Shown here: positions 26,424 through 35,360 of the stretch, one piece after another
Position numbering within the stretch: position 1 is the first letter of the stretch
Layout of the letters: every line of letters begins with the position of its first letter
Source of the DNA: Candidatus Woesearchaeota archaeon
GTDB taxonomy: Archaea > Nanobdellota > Nanobdellia > Pacearchaeales > GW2011-AR1
Direction of reading: 5' to 3'
Assembly: GCA_964598635.1 (NCBI GenBank)
Contig: CAZRCO010000001.1
Location: 1-52,696 of the forward strand
Length of the DNA stretch: 52,696 bases
Notes under the pieces: model-generated
What the model was told of the DNA's origin: nothing
Seen by the model: only the letters and a program-made list of their open reading frames with translations
Databases searched by the model: none
Position numbers and translations under genes: made by a program

Positions 26424-27817
26424 TATATTTTCTTAAACAAAATTTCACCTTTTTTAATTTTCTTAGCAGAAAATTGCTTTTTAATTTTCTCACTTGTCTC
26501 TGGAATAAATGGAAATAAAAGTTCAGCAATTTTCAAAATGCTTTCCTTAAGTTCAAACAAATCCTTCTTATTTCCAGTTTCCCAAATTTTTTTACTCTGA
26601 ACATACCAGTTACAGTGATCAACAAATGCAAAAATCTCACTTAATGCCTGATCAAATTTAAATTCATCAATCAATTTTTCTATCTCTTTCAATTTCAGCT
26701 TTTTTATTAATTTATTTTCTGTTTTTTGTATTCCGTTTTTCTCTATCAATCCAGCAACTCTGCTGACAAGATTTCCAAGCTTGTTGGCCAATTCATTGTT
26801 ATGCCTATCTATCAAAGCCTGTTCTGAAAAATCACCATCTTCTCCAAAAGCTGTATTTCTCAGCAAGAAATATCTTGCAGAATCAACTCCTGCAATATCC
26901 AAAAGTTCATTAACATTAATCACTTTTCCTCTTGACTTTGAAATTTTCTCTTTATCAAAAGTCCACCACCCATGGGCAAAAACTTTTTTGGGCAGACTAA
27001 TTCCTGCAGAAAGTAAAAATGCAGGCCAATAAACTGTATGAAACCATAAAATGTCCTTTCCAATTAAATGAACATCAGCAGGCCAGTATTTCTCCTTGCC
27101 TTTTTGCCTTGTAGCAGAATAATAATTAAACAAAGCATCAAACCAGACATAACAAACATGTCTTTTATCAAAAGGCAGAGAAATCCCCCAGTCAAAATTT
27201 GCTCTTGAAATTGACAAATCCTTTAACCCTTCTTTAACCCTGTTAATTATTTCCTGTCTCCTTTTTCTTGGTGAGATAAATCCGGGATTTTCTTTATAGA
27301 ATTTTAACAAATCTTTTTGATATTTACTAAGTCTGAAAAAATAACTTTCTTCTTTTAATTTTTCGATTTTGGTTTTATGTATCGGACATTTTCCGTTAAC
27401 TAAATCCTTTTCTGTGTAATATGCCTCACATCCTGTGCAATAAAATCCCTCATACTCCCCTTTGTAAATATCTCCTTTATCATAGACTTTTTGTAAAACC
27501 TTTTTAACAACATCTTCATGGTCTTTATCAGTTGTTCTGATAAATCTGTCATAACTTATATCTAGTTTTCTCCAGGCATCTTTAAATTTTGGGATAAGAG
27601 AATCAACAAATTCCTTTGGTTTTTTTCCGTGCTCTTCTGCTGCCCTTTGTATCTTCTTACCATGCTCATCTGTTCCAGTCAGAAAAAAAACATCTTCTCC
27701 TTTAATCTTGTGCCATCTAGCTAAAACATCTGCAACTATTGTTGTGTATGCATGCCCGATATGTGGGACGTCATTTGGATAATATATCGGGGTTGTAACA
27801 TAAAATTTTCTTGCCAT
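26423..27817 (-). CDS. metG: Methionyl-tRNA synthetase core (lacks the C-terminal tRNA-binding domain)
   Basis: PHIGHAYT (HIGH), KISKSRG (KMSKS), and the zinc knuckle CTGCEAYY...CPIH. Confidence 0.9.
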   Translation of the reverse strand: MARKFYVTTPIYYPNDVPHIGHAYTTIVADVLARWHKIKGEDVFFLTGTDEHGKKIQRAAEEHGKKPKEFVDSLIPKFKDAWRKLDISYDRFIRTTDKDHEDVVKKVLQKVYDKGDIYKGEYEGFYCTGCEAYYTEKDLVNGKCPIHKTKIEKLKEESYFFRLSKYQKDLLKFYKENPGFISPRKRRQEIINRVKEGLKDLSISRANFDWGISLPFDKRHVCYVWFDALFNYYSATRQKGKEKYWPADVHLIGKDILWFHTVYWPAFLLSAGISLPKKVFAHGWWTFDKEKISKSRGKVINVNELLDIAGVDSARYFLLRNTAFGEDGDFSEQALIDRHNNELANKLGNLVSRVAGLIEKNGIQKTENKLIKKLKLKEIEKLIDEFKFDQALSEIFAFVDHCNWYVQSKKIWETGNKKDLFELKESILKIAELLFPFIPETSEKIKKQFSAKKIKKGEILFKKI

Positions 27818-27830
27818 AAAAGAATTAAAA

Positions 27831-27838
27831 TATAAAAG
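27831..27838 (+). promoter_or_regulatory. TATA-like box upstream of tRNA-Gly
   Basis: TATAAAAG is centred about 27 nt upstream of the tRNA 5' end. Confidence 0.3.
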
Positions 27839-27861
27839 CTATAAAAAACTAACTAATAAAT

Positions 27862-27932
27862 GCAGCTTTAGTTAAATGGCAAAATGTGAGCTTCCCAAGC
27901 TCAAGATGCGGGTTCGATTCCCGCAAGCTGCA
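27862..27932 (+). tRNA. tRNA-Gly(CCC)
   Basis: Acceptor GCAGCTT/AAGCTGC, anticodon arm TGAGC-TTCCCAA-GCTCA, T arm GCGGG-TTCGATT-CCCGC. The D stem is weak (3 bp). Confidence 0.75.
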
Positions 27933-27971
27933 TCCCGAAATATTTTTATACTATTTCTCATTATTATCTTT

Positions 27972-28307
27972 ATGTCAGTGGTGATACCCCTCCTTATTGT
28001 AGCAGTTGCAATAACAGCTATATGGTTAATAATAGAATTCAAAAGATTCAGGCACAAATTACTACTTATTTTCCTAATAGTTACAATCCTGTCAATTTAC
28101 ATCAGTTTTACCTGGGTTCTCAGGAATAATAATGTGGATTTAACAACTCTTTCGGGGATAAAAGAAGCTTCCAAATTTTATTTTTCCTGGCTTGGATCTG
28201 TTTTTGGAAATTTTAAAACTATTACATCAAACGCTGTAAAATTAGACTGGGGTATAAATGAAAATACATCTCTTAAAAAAGGAGAAAATAATACAGTTAT
28301 TAAGTAA
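27972..28307 (+). CDS. Small membrane protein
   Basis: In-frame ATG (M33 of track ORF 27876..28307). The listed 5' part overlaps tRNA-Gly, so I trimmed it. Two TM segments. Confidence 0.4.
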   Translation: MSVVIPLLIVAVAITAIWLIIEFKRFRHKLLLIFLIVTILSIYISFTWVLRNNNVDLTTLSGIKEASKFYFSWLGSVFGNFKTITSNAVKLDWGINENTSLKKGENNTVIK

Positions 28308-28340
28308 AATTTAAATACTCAAAAAGATTATTAATAAATA

Positions 28341-28652
28341 ATGGCTAAAAGAAAAAAGAGGGTGAAAAGAAGTAAATCTAAAACTAAAAAAAGAAAAAGA
28401 AAAGGGATTAGAAGAACCCCTGGAAAAAGTAAAAAACTTGTTCGTTCAAGCAAAAGAAAAATCTTTCTCCTTTTGAGAAATTTAATATTATTTGTAATTT
28501 TGTCTTTGGCTTCCTTTGTTTTGTATAGGGTTTTAAATTCTGGCGCATTCAAAAATTTATTTTCTATTTTAGCAATTGTATTCGGTTTTGTTTCTGTTGC
28601 ATTATTAATAGTCTTTCTTATCTTTTTATTTATGAGATTGCTTAAGAAATAA
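28341..28652 (+). CDS. Membrane protein with polybasic N-terminus
   Basis: MAKRKKRVKRSKSKTKKRKRKGIRRTPGKSKK..., followed by two hydrophobic segments. Confidence 0.4.
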   Translation: MAKRKKRVKRSKSKTKKRKRKGIRRTPGKSKKLVRSSKRKIFLLLRNLILFVILSLASFVLYRVLNSGAFKNLFSILAIVFGFVSVALLIVFLIFLFMRLLKK

Positions 28653-28782
28653 TTGCAGTAATTTAAACTGTCAGTAATAACTATAAATTTTTATATATTG
28701 ATTCTTAAAAATACTTGTTTTGTATAATGCCTCAATTCGGCACCATACTCGGATTGATTAGGTATAAGTGTCATCGTATAAT

Positions 28783-28856
28783 GCCTCAGTAGCTCAGCTG
28801 GTTAGAGCGCGACATTGGTAATGTCGAGGTCCTGAGTTCAATTCTCAGCTGAGGCT
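28783..28856 (+). tRNA. tRNA-Thr(GGU)
   Basis: Acceptor GCCTCAG/CTGAGGC, D arm GCTC-AGCTGGTTA-GAGC, anticodon arm CGACA-TTGGTAA-TGTCG, T arm CTGAG-TTCAATT-CTCAG. 74 nt. Confidence 0.9.
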
Positions 28857-28895
28857 TATCAATAAGTTTATAAGAACAGGTTATTAGTTTGAAAA

Positions 28896-29384
28896 ATGGG
28901 GAAAGACGAACATAACTTAGATAGGTTGAAAGAGGATTATAAGAAAATCCAAACCAAATACAACCTTCCTAGTTTTACAGAACTAAATGAAGATTTTCAG
29001 ATAGAAAAAATTTGTGATATAGAAACAGATATCTTAATAAGGGAGATAAGAAAATTTATGGCAGAGAAGATATCAAATTATCTGAGATTTATTGAGACAC
29101 TCTTAAACCCAGTAAATGCACCAATGTTCTTTTTTTCTATGATTAAAGTGGTTGAAACAGATGAAAAGCAAAAGATACCTGAAATTTATAAAAAACTATC
29201 AAAAATTGAATTAAACATAATTGAGCTGGATATATCTTTCTCTGAGCAAAAAGAAGCTGAATTTATTAAAGAATCTTACAAAACATGGCAGGAGATTAAA
29301 AAAGATTTATTAGATGTCATAGAAAATATAAAAAAGAACTGGGACAACAAAATTGAACCAGATAGCAAAGGATACTTTGGATAA
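28896..29384 (+). CDS. Hypothetical protein
   Basis: 162-aa ORF with no motif I recognise. Confidence 0.45.
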   Translation: MGKDEHNLDRLKEDYKKIQTKYNLPSFTELNEDFQIEKICDIETDILIREIRKFMAEKISNYLRFIETLLNPVNAPMFFFSMIKVVETDEKQKIPEIYKKLSKIELNIIELDISFSEQKEAEFIKESYKTWQEIKKDLLDVIENIKKNWDNKIEPDSKGYFG

Positions 29385-29422
29385 GCACTAAAACTTATAA
29401 ATTTTAAAATCTTATTGAATTT

Positions 29423-30517
29423 ATGTATAAAAGAGGTATTTCTGGGATTGTAGTCGCTTTAATATTAATTTTGCTTTCATTGGTTGCTGCAGGAATTGTT
29501 TGGGCAGTTATCAAAAATATTCTTACAAAAGAAACAGAAGAGATTTCTTTAGGAAAATTCCTCATTGATTTGGAAATAGAAAAAGCGTATTTTGGGGGAA
29601 ATGGTATTATTGTAAATATCAAAAGAAATGTGGGGGGTGGGGACCTAACAGGAATAAATTTTATTGTATCAGATGGAGAAAATAGTAAGGTAATAAAAAG
29701 AAAAATAAATTTACAAGAATTAGGAAAAAGCAATTTTAACCTTTCTCAACAAGAATTTGAAGGATTGGGATTTATTAAAGAAGTTTCAATAGCCCCAATA
29801 GTCAAACTGGAATCTGGAAAAGAATCCGAGGGTAATATTGTAGACACCAAAGAAGTTTCTGCTAAAGAGTTCCTTGTAAGCCTTGGAGCAGTTTCTTGGT
29901 GGAGACTTAATGGTAATGCTAAAGATGAGATTGGAGGAAATAGTGGAACCTTGCAAGGAGGAGTTAATTGTGATATTCCAGGAAAATTTAGTAAAAGCTG
30001 TGAATTTTTTCAAGAGGATGAAGGTGGTAACTATAGGGAAGATTATATTGAACTTTCATCACCAATCCAGTATGATATTCCTTGGACAGTATGCTCCTGG
30101 GTTTATTTAAAACAAAATTTTCCAGATAGAGCACATGTATTTTTAGATGATAGTGATGGTGAAAGTGCTGATCTTTACTCCTTAAGATTTTCTATGCATA
30201 ATAATACGAAAGCAGGATTTACTGATTATCTTGTACAAGATTACTATCTTAATTATGAATTTCCTATAAAAGAATGGAAATTTGCTTGTTATATAGGAAA
30301 TCTAAGTGGTGTTTATCTCTATGTAGATGGGCAGTTTAAAGATAAAAACCCCGATATTATTAAACTTCCTGTTAAATATGTAGCTCACAGTCCTCTTCGT
30401 AGCAATGTTACATCGGGAACCCCTCATGGGACTATCGGTATAATAGATGAAATTATGATATTTGATAAAGACTTATCTTCAGAAAATGTGGAATCTTTAT
30501 ATAAATTAATGAACTAA
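29423..30517 (+). CDS. Type IV pilin-like surface protein, paralog A: class III signal peptide, stalk type 1, LamG/concanavalin-like head
   Basis: MYKRG|ISGIVVALILILLSLVAAGIVW resembles the archaeal prepilin/archaellin N-terminus KRG-IS-hydrophobic. Head motifs are typical of LamG: AVSWWRLNGNAKDEIGGNSGTLQGG...W..CSWVYL...IDEIMIFDKDLSSENVESLY. Confidence 0.7.
   Translation: MYKRGISGIVVALILILLSLVAAGIVWAVIKNILTKETEEISLGKFLIDLEIEKAYFGGNGIIVNIKRNVGGGDLTGINFIVSDGENSKVIKRKINLQELGKSNFNLSQQEFEGLGFIKEVSIAPIVKLESGKESEGNIVDTKEVSAKEFLVSLGAVSWWRLNGNAKDEIGGNSGTLQGGVNCDIPGKFSKSCEFFQEDEGGNYREDYIELSSPIQYDIPWTVCSWVYLKQNFPDRAHVFLDDSDGESADLYSLRFSMHNNTKAGFTDYLVQDYYLNYEFPIKEWKFACYIGNLSGVYLYVDGQFKDKNPDIIKLPVKYVAHSPLRSNVTSGTPHGTIGIIDEIMIFDKDLSSENVESLYKLMN
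29435..29550 (+). repeat. 116-nt segment identical to 34303..34418 (direct repeat; 5' ends of paralogs A and B)
   Basis: I aligned it by eye base by base: ggtatttctgggattgtagtcgc...acagaagagatttcttt in both copies. Confidence 0.85.
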
Positions 30518-32157
30518 TTAATATTTTTAAAAATCTCATCTAAATTTATTTCAAATAAAGACACAGGCATTTTTATTTTCCAGTTCCTAAGAATTTTGGG
30601 GTAAACTTCCCCGATAAATCCTATTTTTTTATTATTAAATATTACTTCAGCTACCCTTCCGTCAACAAAATAAGGTGGGAATTCATTTGATTCCTGCAAA
30701 CTTACCTTCATATTAACCACCCTGAAAAAATATTCTAAAATCTGCTTTATTTCTGTGAAATTTCCTGGACTAACTGCTACAGCAAGATTTTCCTGTTCCT
30801 GGATTTTATTACCTGGAAGAAAAACTTTTCCTATTTCAAAAATCCTTTGAGGATAATCTGAATCTGTATTTTCTGATAAAATTTTAAGTAAAAAATGAGC
30901 CAAATCCTGCCTCAGAATTTTATAATCTGTTTTTGATTCCTCAACTTCAATAAGATTAATTTTTCCCTTTTTGGAAATTCCCATCTTTGCTAACTGATCA
31001 TTAGCATTAGTTAAATGATAATTCGATATCTCCAATATATTTAATCCTGTAAGAATTTCTGAAAGTTTCCTCTTAATGAATTCTCTTACATTCTCCTGTC
31101 CAATAGTGGAAATCTTAGGAATTTCTGGTATAAAATTCTCATAACCATATGCTATTGCAATATCTTCAATTAAATCAACTTCATGAAGAATATCCACTCT
31201 CCATGCAGGAATTTTCACAGTCTTTTTTTCATAATCATAACCCATTTTTTCAATCAATTTTTTAATTTCTTTTTCATTAAGCTCTAAACCTAAAAGCTTA
31301 TTTGTATTTTCTATGGAAATTTCCCTGGTTTCTGGCTTCAGGTCAGGGGTTATCTTCTTTCTTCTATATCTTAAACCCATCTGGAAAATATTCCCCCCCA
31401 TATCTGCAAGAACAGTTACAATTATATTAAGACATTTCTCTAAAATCGTCATATCAAAACCAGAACATTCAATAAAAATATCTCTTGTCTTCTCTGTTAT
31501 TTTTCCTGTTAATTGTGAATTAATTATTGGGGGCATACTTAAAACGTTTCCTCCCGAATCTACAAAAATTGGGAACTTAGCTTTTCCTGCCAGAAGGGAA
31601 GCATATTTTTTTCCTGTTGGATGTCTTCTAAGAATTTCAAAGGCAGACATTTCTCTGTCAGATTCCAAAGGAATAAATTTTATCTTGTCTGGTTCTAATG
31701 CTTTGAATGTTATTGGCAGTTTAATTTTTTCCAGGGGATAAATTCCTATAGCAACCTTTCTTCTTTTTCTGCCAAGAGTAATATGCAATTTTTCCTGTAT
31801 TTCCATTAACTCTTTTATTTTCTCAGAATTAAATCTCAATTTTTTAACAATTGCACAGGCCGTATAAGGACGAATATTTTTAACAGATGAGTCTATTATA
31901 ATTTTATAATCCTTTTCTGGTTTGTTTACTTTATAAGTCTTCAGACCTGTTTTTTTTCCTAGGAAGGCAAGAAAGGATCTCTTGAACCCCTCATAAGAAA
32001 GTAAATCCGGGCGATTTGGAAAAATTTCTATCTGAATTTCTTTATCATTAATACTTTCTATTGGTGTTCCAAACATGGCAATTTTTTGTTTCATTCCCTC
32101 TTCTAATTTTCCAATCTCTTTCTCAAATTTTCTTTTATTGATATTTATTATCGCCAT
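30514..32157 (-). CDS. pheT: Phenylalanyl-tRNA synthetase beta subunit (archaeal type)
   Basis: 547 aa. FPNRPDLLSYEGFKRSF, with B3/B4- and B5-like regions. Adjacent to pheS. Confidence 0.85.
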   Translation of the reverse strand: MAIININKRKFEKEIGKLEEGMKQKIAMFGTPIESINDKEIQIEIFPNRPDLLSYEGFKRSFLAFLGKKTGLKTYKVNKPEKDYKIIIDSSVKNIRPYTACAIVKKLRFNSEKIKELMEIQEKLHITLGRKRRKVAIGIYPLEKIKLPITFKALEPDKIKFIPLESDREMSAFEILRRHPTGKKYASLLAGKAKFPIFVDSGGNVLSMPPIINSQLTGKITEKTRDIFIECSGFDMTILEKCLNIIVTVLADMGGNIFQMGLRYRRKKITPDLKPETREISIENTNKLLGLELNEKEIKKLIEKMGYDYEKKTVKIPAWRVDILHEVDLIEDIAIAYGYENFIPEIPKISTIGQENVREFIKRKLSEILTGLNILEISNYHLTNANDQLAKMGISKKGKINLIEVEESKTDYKILRQDLAHFLLKILSENTDSDYPQRIFEIGKVFLPGNKIQEQENLAVAVSPGNFTEIKQILEYFFRVVNMKVSLQESNEFPPYFVDGRVAEVIFNNKKIGFIGEVYPKILRNWKIKMPVSLFEINLDEIFKNIN

Positions 32158-32226
32158 GGTAAGACCCCTACCCTGTGCTGGTTTGAGACAGGATCAACTT
32201 CCCTTTTATTTAATTTTATTTCCATT

Positions 32227-33744
32227 TTATTCCTTTATCCAAAATTTAATTTTTCTTAACTGCTCAATATTATTCTTATACAAATCTCTTAAATCTTCTA
32301 TTTCATAATAATCCATTAAAATTCGGTCAAATCCCGGCCCCCAAGCAAGCACAGGAATATTTTGTCCTAAAAGAGGAACAGTAACCTCAGGTCTAAAAAT
32401 ACCAGCCCCCCCTAATTCTAACCATGCGTCTTTTTTTGGATGCCATATATCTATTTCAACACTTGGTTCAGTATATGGAAAGTAAGCTGGCCTGAATCTC
32501 ACTTTTTTAAAACCCATTTTCTCAAAGAATTCCTGCAAATATCCGAGTAAATTTCTAAAATTAGCATTTTTATCAATAACAATTCCCTCTGTCTGGTTAA
32601 ACTCAAAACCATGACTCCAGTCAAGAGTTTCATTTCTAAAGCATTTTCCTAATGCAAAGAATTTTGCTGGCAAATCTTCTGGTTTAAGTTTAGCCAGAGT
32701 TTGAGAAGATAAGCATGTGGTATGCGTTCTTAATACTAATTTTTTAGCTTCTTCTTCATCCCATTCATATTGCCACCCTTTACTGCCGGAGACACCACTT
32801 TCATGAGATTTTTTAACAGATTCTACTATTTTTTTATCTGGAAGTTCGCCCTTTTGAACTTGATTAGATATGAAAAATGTATCCTGCATTTCTCTAACAG
32901 GATGGTCTTGCGCTGTAAAAAGTGCATCGAAATTCCAGAAAGAACTTACAATTAAAGGTCCTGTCATTTCCTTAAATCCCATATCTGTCCAGATTCTTCT
33001 GGCATAGTCTACAGCCTGATTTACAAAATGCCTTTTTCCTCCATTAATTTCAGGAACAGGGGAAATAACATCATATCTTCTAAATTTTTTTCCTTTCCAC
33101 AATTTTTCATTTCTCAAAATCTCGGGAGTTATTTGCTCTATTAACGGCCGTGTTTTCAGTTTTGAATGAATTACCTTTTTCCCGAGTTCAGTTATTTCAA
33201 TGCCAATTATTTTTTTATCCCTAAGTTTTACTATTTCTTTTCTTTTCAACAGAGACTTTAAAACAGAAAGTTGCTCAGGAGATAAGGAATCATAATTAAG
33301 AGGAAGAGATTCAATAAAAATTTCCTCTGGCATTTTTCTAGCTATTTCTGCCTTATTAACATTAAGAATCATTTTTTTACTCCTTAATTCAATCATAGAT
33401 TTTTTCTTCAAGATTCCAATAGAGACCTTAAATTCCCCATCTGACAAACCCTTCCTTGCTTCATCAAAAGACAAAATTCTTCTTTCATTTAAAACATTTA
33501 AAAGCCTTCTTTCGGGTAAACCCTTTTTCCTGTATAACGCCCCATTAATTCCAATTTCAATTATCTTTTTAGTTTTATAGGAAAGTCTTATTATTTTCTT
33601 GTTTTGCAAATATTCCAAAGCCCTTAGAACAGAAGTCTTATCCAAATTAGATTTCTTACAAATATCAATTATCTCCTCTTCTAAATACGGAAGGATTTTC
33701 ACTTCATTAGGGCTTAAAGATTCAATTATCTTACCTATGTCCAT
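32227..33744 (-). CDS. pheS: Phenylalanyl-tRNA synthetase alpha subunit (archaeal/eukaryotic type)
   Basis: 505 aa. N-terminal winged-helix repeats, class II core HPVREMQDTFF, FRNETLD and GGAGIFRPEV. Confidence 0.9.
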   Translation of the reverse strand: MDIGKIIESLSPNEVKILPYLEEEIIDICKKSNLDKTSVLRALEYLQNKKIIRLSYKTKKIIEIGINGALYRKKGLPERRLLNVLNERRILSFDEARKGLSDGEFKVSIGILKKKSMIELRSKKMILNVNKAEIARKMPEEIFIESLPLNYDSLSPEQLSVLKSLLKRKEIVKLRDKKIIGIEITELGKKVIHSKLKTRPLIEQITPEILRNEKLWKGKKFRRYDVISPVPEINGGKRHFVNQAVDYARRIWTDMGFKEMTGPLIVSSFWNFDALFTAQDHPVREMQDTFFISNQVQKGELPDKKIVESVKKSHESGVSGSKGWQYEWDEEEAKKLVLRTHTTCLSSQTLAKLKPEDLPAKFFALGKCFRNETLDWSHGFEFNQTEGIVIDKNANFRNLLGYLQEFFEKMGFKKVRFRPAYFPYTEPSVEIDIWHPKKDAWLELGGAGIFRPEVTVPLLGQNIPVLAWGPGFDRILMDYYEIEDLRDLYKNNIEQLRKIKFWIKE

Positions 33745-33783
33745 ATTACCTTTAAATGATTTGCATTAAAAAGTTTTATTATC

Positions 33784-34239
33784 TTATAAATCTTTTATCA
33801 TCCAAGTAGGCATACTAAGAACAGAGCCTAATGATTTTATATCATACCTGTCTCTCCAATTTTTCTTATCAACAGAAATAAATCTCATTTTTAATTTATT
33901 CTTTTTGCAAAGTTTAATGTTCTGCGCAACACGAGCCAGAATTTCGGATTTGTTTTTCTGACTTGAATTTATGATTTCATCCAAATTTATTCCGATAGTT
34001 ACATTATTTTTTTTAGCAATTTTTGCCATAACCTGATTAAACCCGGAATCTCTTTGTTTTAACCTGTCTTTTCTGCCTAATTGATTTAAGAGAAGAACAT
34101 CTATCTTTCCTTTTTCCAGAATTTTCCTGTTTAATTCATTATCACTGCTCAAAAAAATAATCTCTTTGCCCTGATTTTTCCTTATCTCACTTCTGGCTTT
34201 TTCAAAATTATTTGACCAGATTAAAAAAGAATCTTTCAT
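33784..34239 (-). CDS. rnp3: RNase P protein component 3 (Rpp30)-like, short form
   Basis: RDSGFNQVMAKIAKKNNVTIGINLDEII...ILARVAQNIKLCKKNKLKMRFIS...DIKSLGSVLSMP resembles the C-terminal two thirds of archaeal Rpp30 as I remember it. Only 151 aa. Confidence 0.5.
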   Translation of the reverse strand: MKDSFLIWSNNFEKARSEIRKNQGKEIIFLSSDNELNRKILEKGKIDVLLLNQLGRKDRLKQRDSGFNQVMAKIAKKNNVTIGINLDEIINSSQKNKSEILARVAQNIKLCKKNKLKMRFISVDKKNWRDRYDIKSLGSVLSMPTWMIKDL

Positions 34240-34290
34240 TTTATAATAAAAATAATAGATTTTTTAAACTTTTAAATCATTCTAAAAGGT

Positions 34291-34722
34291 ATGGATAAAA
34301 AGGGTATTTCTGGGATTGTAGTCGCTTTAATATTAATTTTGCTTTCATTGGTTGCTGCAGGAATTGTTTGGGCAGTTATCAAAAATATTCTTACAAAAGA
34401 AACAGAAGAGATTTCTTTCGGAAGTTTTTTTCTGGATTTGCAAATACAAAAAGTGAATGTAGAAAGGGATCAGATTAAAGTTACTGTAAAAAGGGGGGCG
34501 GGAGACGGAGAAACTGAGATAACTGGGATAGCTTTTATTATTTCTGATGGTGAAAAGAGCCAGACAATTAAAAAAGAAACAACATTAAAAGAGCTAGAAT
34601 ATGAAACTTTTACCATCTCTTCCTCTGAATTTGCAGATATCGCATTTGTTAAAGAAATTTTAATTGCTCCCGAAATCATTTCTGAAAGTGGAAAGGAAGA
34701 ATTTGGAAGAGAAGCGGATAAG
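34291..34722 (+). repeat. About 430-nt module (signal peptide plus stalk type 2), an inverted repeat of 42530..42964
   Basis: Most positions are identical by eye, including an 84-nt perfect run (34324..34407 versus 42848..42931). Similarity stops right after the GREADK codons. Confidence 0.8.
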
Positions 34723-35358
34723 ATTACTGATAAAGACTCAAAAGAACTCACATTAGAAAATCAATGGTGGACAAAAAATCCAGAAGAAATAAAAATCTTA
34801 ATTATCGAAAGAAGAAGTGAAACAGGTTGGACGGATGAGATAAATAACTTAGGATATAATATAGAAATAAAAGATTCAATAAATTCAAAAGAAGAACTGG
34901 AAAATTATCTGTCTACATTAGGGGAAAATGAAAAGCCAGATATAATTGCATGCATTGAAACTGCTTGGAGTTGTTCTAAATATAATCTGCTCAACTCCCT
35001 TTATGATTCTGGTTATTATATATTTACTGAAGGAAATGATAACACAGCATTAATTTACCCTATTTTAACTTCGGAATATACAACCTCTTCAGCAGGAAAG
35101 ATATTATCTACCAATGAAGGATGTGCTGAACCCCTAATTTATGGGTGGACAGAAACTTCAAATTCTGGAGGAGATTCTAGGAGGGGAACTTTAAGTGTTC
35201 ATCCTAAAGCCTGCTCAATTGCAAAAGATAACACTTTAAATTATATAGAAGCGATTTATCTGGAAGAATCTGGAAAAGGGAGATGGTATCATCATCAGCC
35301 AAACAGTATCGCCCCAGAAGAATTAATTAATAATTTTTTAAAGTATCTTTCTAGATAA
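34291..35358 (+). CDS. Type IV pilin-like surface protein, paralog B: class III signal peptide, stalk type 2, unassigned head domain
   Basis: MDKKG|ISGIVVALILILLSLVAAGIVW. The stalk is near-identical to paralog D. The head (from about residue 145) has alternating hydrophobic-strand and helix patterns (KILIIERRS..., DIIACIE..., YYIFTEGNDN). Confidence 0.7.
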   Translation: MDKKGISGIVVALILILLSLVAAGIVWAVIKNILTKETEEISFGSFFLDLQIQKVNVERDQIKVTVKRGAGDGETEITGIAFIISDGEKSQTIKKETTLKELEYETFTISSSEFADIAFVKEILIAPEIISESGKEEFGREADKITDKDSKELTLENQWWTKNPEEIKILIIERRSETGWTDEINNLGYNIEIKDSINSKEELENYLSTLGENEKPDIIACIETAWSCSKYNLLNSLYDSGYYIFTEGNDNTALIYPILTSEYTTSSAGKILSTNEGCAEPLIYGWTETSNSGGDSRRGTLSVHPKACSIAKDNTLNYIEAIYLEESGKGRWYHHQPNSIAPEELINNFLKYLSR

Positions 35359-35360
35359 TT

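Noticed and set aside
27876-27971. 5' portion of track ORF 27876..28307
   Set aside because: It overlaps tRNA-Gly (27862..27932) on the same strand. I trimmed the start to the in-frame ATG at 27972.
28722-28788. 13-nt direct repeat GTATAATGCCTCA (28722..28734 and 28776..28788). The second copy spans the 5' end of tRNA-Thr, so it could be an att-site scar of an integrated element.
   Set aside because: Only 6 nt of the tRNA are duplicated. There is no integrase or foreign-looking gene block nearby, and the repeat is short for AT-rich DNA. It may just be a duplicated promoter-like TATAAT string.
32158-32226. Relatively GC-rich pheS-pheT spacer with a small hairpin (CCTGT-11 nt-ACAGG), considered as a possible small RNA or regulatory element
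   Set aside because: It is only 69 nt with a 5-bp stem and no recognisable RNA family features. More likely it is an intercistronic spacer with a ribosome-binding region (AGGGGT 7 nt upstream of the pheT ATG).
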